Source of the DNA: Chitinophagales bacterium | GTDB lineage: Bacteria; Bacteroidota; Bacteroidia; Chitinophagales; UBA8649 | Direction: 5' to 3' | Length of the DNA stretch: 64,000 bases | Assembly: GCA_020635995.1 (NCBI GenBank) | Contig: JACJYS010000001.1 | Location: forward strand, 810,477 to 874,476 | Notes under the pieces: generated by a model | The model's input: the letters and a program-made list of their open reading frames with translations, nothing else | The model's database searches: none | What the model was told of the DNA's origin: nothing | Shown: positions 58,317-64,000 of the stretch, in pieces | Numbering within the stretch: position 1 is the first letter of the stretch | Layout: every line of letters starts with the position of its first letter | Translations under genes and position numbers: made by a program

Positions 58317-58967
58317 ATGAAAAATATATTTACTTTAATCTTTGTATTTGGTGCTTTTGTAGCTATTTCGCAAAATCAAATGACAATTCATTTTACTAAT
58401 GGTAACACAGAGACTTTTTTATTGAACGATATAGATAGTATTACTTATACTTCTGGGAATACTGTATCTTACAATTTGGGAGATGAAGGTCCTGCGGGAG
58501 GTATTATAGTTTATGATAAAGGTTCTTATTCTAATGGATGGAGATACATGGAGTTGTCTCCAAATAATTTAAGTCAAGGATATGGTACTGGACATTGTTA
58601 TGTTTCCAGTCAGTTTTTATCTGGTATAGGAAATGGAGCTAATAATACCGATGTAATGGTAAATAACTGTGCCGACCCTAATGATGCAGCAGTTTTATGC
58701 AAAAATTATATGCTTGTTAATAATGGTGTAACTTTTGACGATTGGTACTTACCTAATTTGGAAGAAATGTTATACATCTATAATCTTAAAGAATCTTTGG
58801 GTTATTTTAATACCCAACATTGGAATATTAATGACGGACAGTATGATTTATATTGGACTTCTACTCCTTATGATGATAATGAAGATTACATTGTAAGATT
58901 TGATGGCTGGAATACAACAAGACTAGAAAGTGAATCAAATAGAGTAAGGGCTATACGTTACTTTTAA
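58317..58967 (+). CDS. secreted DUF1566-like (Lcl C-terminal domain-like) protein
   Basis: 216 aa with a signal peptide. The WYLPNLEEMLYIY ... YWTSTP pattern resembles DUF1566. The N-terminal module is shared with the preceding gene. Confidence 0.55.
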   Translation: MKNIFTLIFVFGAFVAISQNQMTIHFTNGNTETFLLNDIDSITYTSGNTVSYNLGDEGPAGGIIVYDKGSYSNGWRYMELSPNNLSQGYGTGHCYVSSQFLSGIGNGANNTDVMVNNCADPNDAAVLCKNYMLVNNGVTFDDWYLPNLEEMLYIYNLKESLGYFNTQHWNINDGQYDLYWTSTPYDDNEDYIVRFDGWNTTRLESESNRVRAIRYF

Positions 58968-58969
58968 CT

Positions 58970-60934
58970 TTACTTTCCACTTTCTATTACGCCATCTTTT
59001 GTTATTACCCTAAAAGTAGTACGTCTATTTTCTTGGTGTTTTTCTTCGCTACATTGCACACCGTTTTTACATTCGTTTATTAGTCGGCTTTCGCCATAAC
59101 CTTTGGCTTGTAGTTGGGTGGTAGGCACGCCTTTTTCTATTAAGTAATCTACCACGCTTTGTGCTCTTCTTTGGCTTAGGTCTTCATTGTATTTATCGCT
59201 ACCGCGGCTATCCGTGTGAGAGCCTATTTCTATGGTTAAATCATTATTCTCTTGAAAAAAGCTTACTAATTTGTCTAACACAGGCAATGATTCTGCACGC
59301 AAAGTGGCTTTGTCATAATCGTAGTAAATATTAGGAATAACAATTTCCTTTTCCGGGAATATTTTTTCTAATTCTACTTGCTCATACAACTTTATAGTTA
59401 AGCTGTCTTTGCTGCTCAAACCTTTTGTGCTAACACTTAAGCTTTTATTAAAATAATCTACTTTATTAATATACAGTTTGTAATCTTGATTGGCCTCTAA
59501 TTCAAATACTAATTTGCCATTTTGAGGTGTTATTTTTTCTTGCCCTTTCATTAATACTATAGCATTTTCAAGAGGTTTTAAACCTAATATTTTGCTGTTG
59601 GCATCATTTGGGTTTTCATAATTTTTTTCTACTACCGTTAAATGCAATTCGTAATAATTGATGAATAATTTTTGGTACATATATAAATCATCATTTCCTT
59701 TTCCGCCTTTTCGGGTAGAAGAAAATACCCCTGTTTCTAATATTTTGTTCTTGTCTGTATTTGGTAAATCAATAAACTGCAAGCTAAAATCGTCTGCTCC
59801 TGTGTTTATAGGAAAAGGCAATAACTCTGCTTGAGCGTAAGAGTTTTTATCGGGAGTGGCTTTAAAAATATCTAAACCACCATAGCCCTTTCTTCCATTA
59901 GTGGCAAAATATAGGTTGCCTTGCTTGTCAACAGTTGGGAATAAATCGTTTTTCTCCGTATTTACGTAGTAACCTGCATTTATGGGTTGGCTGTATGTTC
60001 CATTATTTATATCTATATAATAAATGTCTTGCTCGCCATAGCCATAAGGTGCATCACTTGAAAAATAAAGGCGTTTATTATCGGGGCTTACATAAGGCTG
60101 CCCTACATTTGCCGAATCAGAAAATATTTCAACTAATTCTGGCTCATACCAATATTGTCCGTCTGCTTCGGCTTTATAAATTCTGCAAAAACTTTTGCCT
60201 AAATCTAAATAATCGCAACGAGTAAAATATGCCGTTTCAAAATTTGACGTAAAAGCCATCACACCTTCTGCTAAATCGGTATTTATGGGAGCATCTATAT
60301 CTGTAGCATTGTTCCAGTTCCCATTGTTGTATTCGGCTACATATATATCCGGATTTTTTTGTCCGTCCCACGGTTGTACTTTGTCGCCTATATTAGTAGC
60401 TCTTGTAGAAGTAAAACTCAGTTGGTTATTTTTAAACATGCGTGGAGCATATTCGCCAGCTGCGGTATTCAAATTCCCCAAGTTTTTAATCAGTATATTT
60501 TGCTCTTTGCTGTTTTGTTTCTCTAATATTTCTTCTAATAGTTTAATTTCGGAGCTGGTATTAAAAATATCATTGCTCAGCTCTTTATACTTTTTTATAG
60601 AAGCTAAAGCATCTTCATATTCTTCATTGTGTTTTTGAGCCAATCCAAGCTGAAGATAATTGTACGGGTCATCGCTTATTTCGGTTATGCGTTTATAGGT
60701 GCTTACTTCTCCTTGCGGATTATTCATAGCATTATAGCTGTTGGCAAGTAGTTTTAGTTTTTCTACTTTCTCAAAGTTATCATTTGCACTTTCTGCTTCT
60801 TGGTTAAGTAGTTCAACAGCTTTTACAAACTTTTTTTGCTCGTAGGCAGCAGTTCCTGTCTTAACAACTGTGCTGGTGCTTTTGCATGCAATAAATAAAA
60901 CACTTACAAATAAGAATAAAAGAAAATTTTTCAC
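58970..60934 (-). CDS. OmpA-family peptidoglycan-associated protein with TPR and PD40 (TolB-like) repeats
   Basis: 654 aa. The C-terminal OmpA domain carries IGSHTDSRGSDKYNEDLSQRRAQSV. PD40-like YFSSD/YFATN repeats and an N-terminal TPR region are also present. Confidence 0.85.
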   Translation of the reverse strand: MKNFLLFLFVSVLFIACKSTSTVVKTGTAAYEQKKFVKAVELLNQEAESANDNFEKVEKLKLLANSYNAMNNPQGEVSTYKRITEISDDPYNYLQLGLAQKHNEEYEDALASIKKYKELSNDIFNTSSEIKLLEEILEKQNSKEQNILIKNLGNLNTAAGEYAPRMFKNNQLSFTSTRATNIGDKVQPWDGQKNPDIYVAEYNNGNWNNATDIDAPINTDLAEGVMAFTSNFETAYFTRCDYLDLGKSFCRIYKAEADGQYWYEPELVEIFSDSANVGQPYVSPDNKRLYFSSDAPYGYGEQDIYYIDINNGTYSQPINAGYYVNTEKNDLFPTVDKQGNLYFATNGRKGYGGLDIFKATPDKNSYAQAELLPFPINTGADDFSLQFIDLPNTDKNKILETGVFSSTRKGGKGNDDLYMYQKLFINYYELHLTVVEKNYENPNDANSKILGLKPLENAIVLMKGQEKITPQNGKLVFELEANQDYKLYINKVDYFNKSLSVSTKGLSSKDSLTIKLYEQVELEKIFPEKEIVIPNIYYDYDKATLRAESLPVLDKLVSFFQENNDLTIEIGSHTDSRGSDKYNEDLSQRRAQSVVDYLIEKGVPTTQLQAKGYGESRLINECKNGVQCSEEKHQENRRTTFRVITKDGVIESGK

Positions 60935-60961
60935 TTAATAAAGGTACACTTTTAACTTAAA

Positions 60962-61441
60962 TTATTGTACTTCTCCTTCTTTCAAAATAATTTCTTCTGT
61001 TCCGTCTATAGGAATACTAAATTCTATGCCTTTAACATCAAAAGTTGCCGAGCCTGTATATTTAACATCTACTTGTTTGTTTTGCAATGAATTTAAAGCT
61101 CCACTTAATAAACCAGCCCAGTTGTCTTTTAAAAGTTGTTTTGGTGTAAAAGATGTTTTTAAAGGAATATTAAAATTGTCTTTCTTTTTTATTTCTGTTT
61201 TTGCCGTTTGCGATACATGACTTACCAGTACTTCATTAACAAAAATATCTACATCTACATTGTTTAAATAAATGCTTACAGGATTGGGATTAAAAACTAC
61301 AGCATCGGCATTTATAGTAATGTTAGTATAGTTAAGATCTTCAACCACAATGTTTTGTATGGTTTTAAATTTAGGTTTTACGGCTTCGGTACTGCAAGCT
61401 GCAAGAAAAATAAGGAATAAAGGTAAAAGGTATTTTTTCAT
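60962..61441 (-). CDS. LEA type 2 (WHy-like) family lipoprotein
   Basis: 159 aa with the lipobox FLAACS. The beta-sandwich pattern is typical of LEA_2/NDR1-like proteins. Confidence 0.6.
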   Translation of the reverse strand: MKKYLLPLFLIFLAACSTEAVKPKFKTIQNIVVEDLNYTNITINADAVVFNPNPVSIYLNNVDVDIFVNEVLVSHVSQTAKTEIKKKDNFNIPLKTSFTPKQLLKDNWAGLLSGALNSLQNKQVDVKYTGSATFDVKGIEFSIPIDGTEEIILKEGEVQ

Positions 61442-61445
61442 AGTT

Positions 61446-62756
61446 TTAGTTGAATTTTATAGATTTAATAGGGTCAATATTATTAACCAACCTTGAAGGT
61501 AATAGCAAAAATAATGCCCCAATAAGTAAAGTAAAAATGTTTAAAAAAAGTAGCCATGTCCATTCTATTTTAACGGGAGCATAATCTATATAATAAGAAT
61601 CTTGAGGCAGTTTAACAAAGTGTGTTATATCTTGCAAATAACATAATCCTATGCCGGCAATATTGCCAATAAGCAATCCTAAACCCAAAATGAAAATGCC
61701 ATTCCAAATAAAGATATTTTGTAATTGTTTTTTATTGCTTCCCAAGGCTTTTAAAATACCTACCATATGGGTGCGGTCAAGTATTAAAATAAGTAAAGAA
61801 GTTATCATATTAACGGCTGCTACCAATAGCATTACTATTAATATTACTATTTCATTAGTGTTTTGTAGTGCCAGCCAATTAAAAATATCGGGTTTAAATT
61901 CTTTAATAGTTTGGGCGTATAAATTTTGGTCTATAGAGTAAAATAAATCATCTCCAATTTTGTCTAAAGGGTCTTTTAATAGTTCGTGTCTTTTGTCTTC
62001 CGATAAAAAAGGAGCTATTAGTTTTTTACCATAAACAACTATTTTATTTTCAAACAAATTTTTGTCATCTACAAAAACTTCAAATCCACCTACTTCATCA
62101 TTTTTCCAGCCGTTTAAGTTTTGTATTACGCCTATGTCTATCCACGCATATTGCTGGTCAAACTCTTGAATGCCGGAACTATAAATACCCGAAATTTGAA
62201 ATTTTCGTTTACGCACTTTGGCATCATCTTCTAAAAAGCTAATAAGCACTTCATCGCCTACTTTTAGTTTTAATCTATTGGCAGTTATTTCAGAAATTAA
62301 TATTTGATAATTGTCTTTTTTACCTGTAATGTCAAAAAGTTGTCCGTCTATAATATTATTTACTACAGATTCTTTTTTAAAATCGGGAGCAATGCCTTTA
62401 AGTATAATGCCTTCAAAATCTTCTTGTGCGTGTATAATGCCACCTTTAAGTGCTACGGATTGCACATGAGCCACGCCTTTATAATCTTCGGGGTGTAGGT
62501 ATAAATTATTATTGGTACTTATGGGTACTTTGTCTAAACTCTCCGAAGCTTCATAGGGCGTAACAATAATATGAGCCCAAAAATTGAATACTTTATTACT
62601 TATAGTTTGCTGAAAACCACTAATTAAAGCGGTAGAAATAATCATAACGGCAGTACTTAATGCTACGGCAGCTACAGAAATTTTAAGAATAAACCTTGAA
62701 AAAGACTGCTGTTTATTGCCTGCTATTTTTTTAACTATGAAAAGTGGAAAATTCAT
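61446..62756 (-). CDS. FtsX-fold ABC transporter permease (LolC/E-like)
   Basis: 436 aa with TM1, a MacB-like periplasmic domain and a C-terminal FtsX 3-TM bundle (GILKALGS). Confidence 0.8.
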   Translation of the reverse strand: MNFPLFIVKKIAGNKQQSFSRFILKISVAAVALSTAVMIISTALISGFQQTISNKVFNFWAHIIVTPYEASESLDKVPISTNNNLYLHPEDYKGVAHVQSVALKGGIIHAQEDFEGIILKGIAPDFKKESVVNNIIDGQLFDITGKKDNYQILISEITANRLKLKVGDEVLISFLEDDAKVRKRKFQISGIYSSGIQEFDQQYAWIDIGVIQNLNGWKNDEVGGFEVFVDDKNLFENKIVVYGKKLIAPFLSEDKRHELLKDPLDKIGDDLFYSIDQNLYAQTIKEFKPDIFNWLALQNTNEIVILIVMLLVAAVNMITSLLILILDRTHMVGILKALGSNKKQLQNIFIWNGIFILGLGLLIGNIAGIGLCYLQDITHFVKLPQDSYYIDYAPVKIEWTWLLFLNIFTLLIGALFLLLPSRLVNNIDPIKSIKFN

Positions 62757-62901
62757 TAAAGCACTATGCTAATTTTTGTACTGCTCAAAAATAAGGAAAG
62801 TAATTGAAATGGGAGGAATTGGGGGGATTATGTGGTGTGTAGGATAATTGTTTAGGGAAGTGTTTGTCTTTTATATTTAACGGATAGAAATATTGCATCT
62901 A

Positions 62902-63924
62902 TTATTTTTTATTTTGAGTATAAGGACCTAAAAATTTATCTCCGTTAAAATGTACTAAGTGGTCAGGATTATCTGCAATCCAAACTTCTGTTTCCCAAGC
63001 GATGTCAGCTATAAATTGTCTGAATTTTTGGCGATTTAAAAATGCAGTGATGTACACTATATCTGCTTTACAATCTTTAGTTAATTTTTGAAGCTGAATT
63101 AATCTTAATTCACTTATCGGGCCTGAAGAATGAACTGCTTCAATAAGATAAAGCCAATTTTTCTCTTTTGAGTAGGCTATTATATCCGGCAATTCTTCAT
63201 GTGATATTTCAAAGAAATTTAACTCTTCAAGTTTTTGTTTTTCTAAATAAAGATATTTATCAGAAGTATCTCCTACATAAAGTACTTCTGCACTGTATCC
63301 AAATCTTGGTAAAAAATCTTCAATTATTGCTTTTTGTAGTTCGTTGTGTTCTCCTGCCGAAAAAGTTAATGTATTACCGGCAGGAAGAATTGCATCTACT
63401 TTTGTTATCTTTCTTTCTCTTTTAAGTTTTTTACTTAATGGCTCTATATCTTTTAATTTTTTAGCAACTATTTTATCCCAATCTTTTGAGCCAAAATTTC
63501 TAATTATTTCGGCATAAATTGGATTTATGGAATAACCTCTTGTAGAATCATTGGTGGCAGAATTTGGACTTGATTGCACAACAATTTCCGCAACTGTAAG
63601 TAATTTCAAATCTTTTCTGCGTATGTCATCATACGAACCAGAACTTATATTTTCTCCAAAATTACTATTCACAAATACTATTATATCCCGTGTTTTTAGA
63701 GCATATCCATCGTTTAAATCTTTCGTTTTCTTAAAGTCGGAAATTTTCTTAATATCGCCACATGCAAGAAAAGCGATTGCCATTCTTTCTAAACGTCTTG
63801 GTGTTGTGTTTAAAGGGATTCCAAAAGCATCAAGAATATAAAGTGTAGTATTAATTAGCTCCTGAACTTGTTGTGTTTTTTCGTTAAAGGTTTTTAATTT
63901 ATCGGGATGGATATATTGCTTCAT
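62902..63924 (-). CDS. type II restriction endonuclease, BsuBI/PstI family
   Basis: 340 aa. The C-terminal half (LYVGDTSDKY...PDIIAYSKEKNWLYLIEAVHSSGPIS...IVYITAF...IAWETEVWIADNPDHLVHFNGDKFLGPY) matches my memory of the conserved BsuBI/PstI catalytic domain. Confidence 0.7.
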   Translation of the reverse strand: MKQYIHPDKLKTFNEKTQQVQELINTTLYILDAFGIPLNTTPRRLERMAIAFLACGDIKKISDFKKTKDLNDGYALKTRDIIVFVNSNFGENISSGSYDDIRRKDLKLLTVAEIVVQSSPNSATNDSTRGYSINPIYAEIIRNFGSKDWDKIVAKKLKDIEPLSKKLKRERKITKVDAILPAGNTLTFSAGEHNELQKAIIEDFLPRFGYSAEVLYVGDTSDKYLYLEKQKLEELNFFEISHEELPDIIAYSKEKNWLYLIEAVHSSGPISELRLIQLQKLTKDCKADIVYITAFLNRQKFRQFIADIAWETEVWIADNPDHLVHFNGDKFLGPYTQNKK

Positions 63925-64000
63925 TTTGAAAAAGTGTTAATTGTTCATTTTCAGCAAAGTTATATTCATTAGTAACTTTACCCTGTAGATAATTCTTTAT
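63899..64000 (-). CDS. 3' end of an ORF entering from beyond the window (possible cognate methyltransferase)
   Basis: A minus-strand frame is open from 64000 down to the stop at 63901-63899 (...IKNYLQGKVTNEYNFAENEQLTLFQNEAIYPSR*). It overlaps the endonuclease start by 26 nt. Function cannot be judged from 34 residues. Confidence 0.3.
   Translation of the reverse strand: MKNYLQGKVTNEYNFAENEQLTLFQNEAIYPSR

Overview
This window looks like an ordinary chromosomal segment from a low-GC Bacteroidota genome, probably Flavobacteriia-like. The taxonomic cues are T9SS C-terminal sorting domains, SprB-type repeats, a gliding-motility type-B C-terminal domain, an ftsX-DUF3098-uppP block, and a dcw cluster lacking murF and ddl. 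I found no rRNA, tRNA or CRISPR array. From left to right: a TamB-like giant protein, a SpoU methyltransferase, glycosyltransferases, cbpA-cbpM, three ABC transporter genes, a T9SS cargo protein, uppP-DUF3098-ftsX and kdsC. Next come a multi-TM patatin-like lipase, a beta-helix lipoprotein and a transglutaminase-like protein. Then follow one small IS with 18-bp perfect terminal inverted repeats, a 1829-aa SprB-repeat adhesin, a second TamB paralog directly upstream of that adhesin, tsaD, trhO and an NdpA-like nucleoid protein. A complete dcw cluster (mraZ to ftsZ, plus an ftsB-like gene) occupies about 40.7-57.7 kb. After it come secreted proteins, an OmpA/PD40 protein, a LEA_2 lipoprotein, a LolE-like permease and a BsuBI/PstI-family restriction endonuclease at the right edge. 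The most unusual observation is that the otherwise canonical dcw operon carries three extra small genes at gene junctions. Two are mutually divergent four-helix-bundle proteins (23S rRNA intervening-sequence protein / DGR Avd fold family). Each sits in a unit of about 435-440 bp bracketed by short inverted repeats and by duplicated stop-codon-proximal sequence. The third is a 128-aa protein with an extreme acidic/aromatic tail, packed tightly between mraY and murD. Other points worth a second look: the IS transposase has its N-terminal zinc ribbon cut off by a frame change in an A7 run; the adhesin contains near-identical 231-bp tandem repeats; the mraZ leader carries a phased GTGK operator plus three DnaA-box-like 9-mers; and several small intergenic repeat families recur across the window. 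All functional calls rest on reading the translated ORFs against remembered family signatures. No database search was run.
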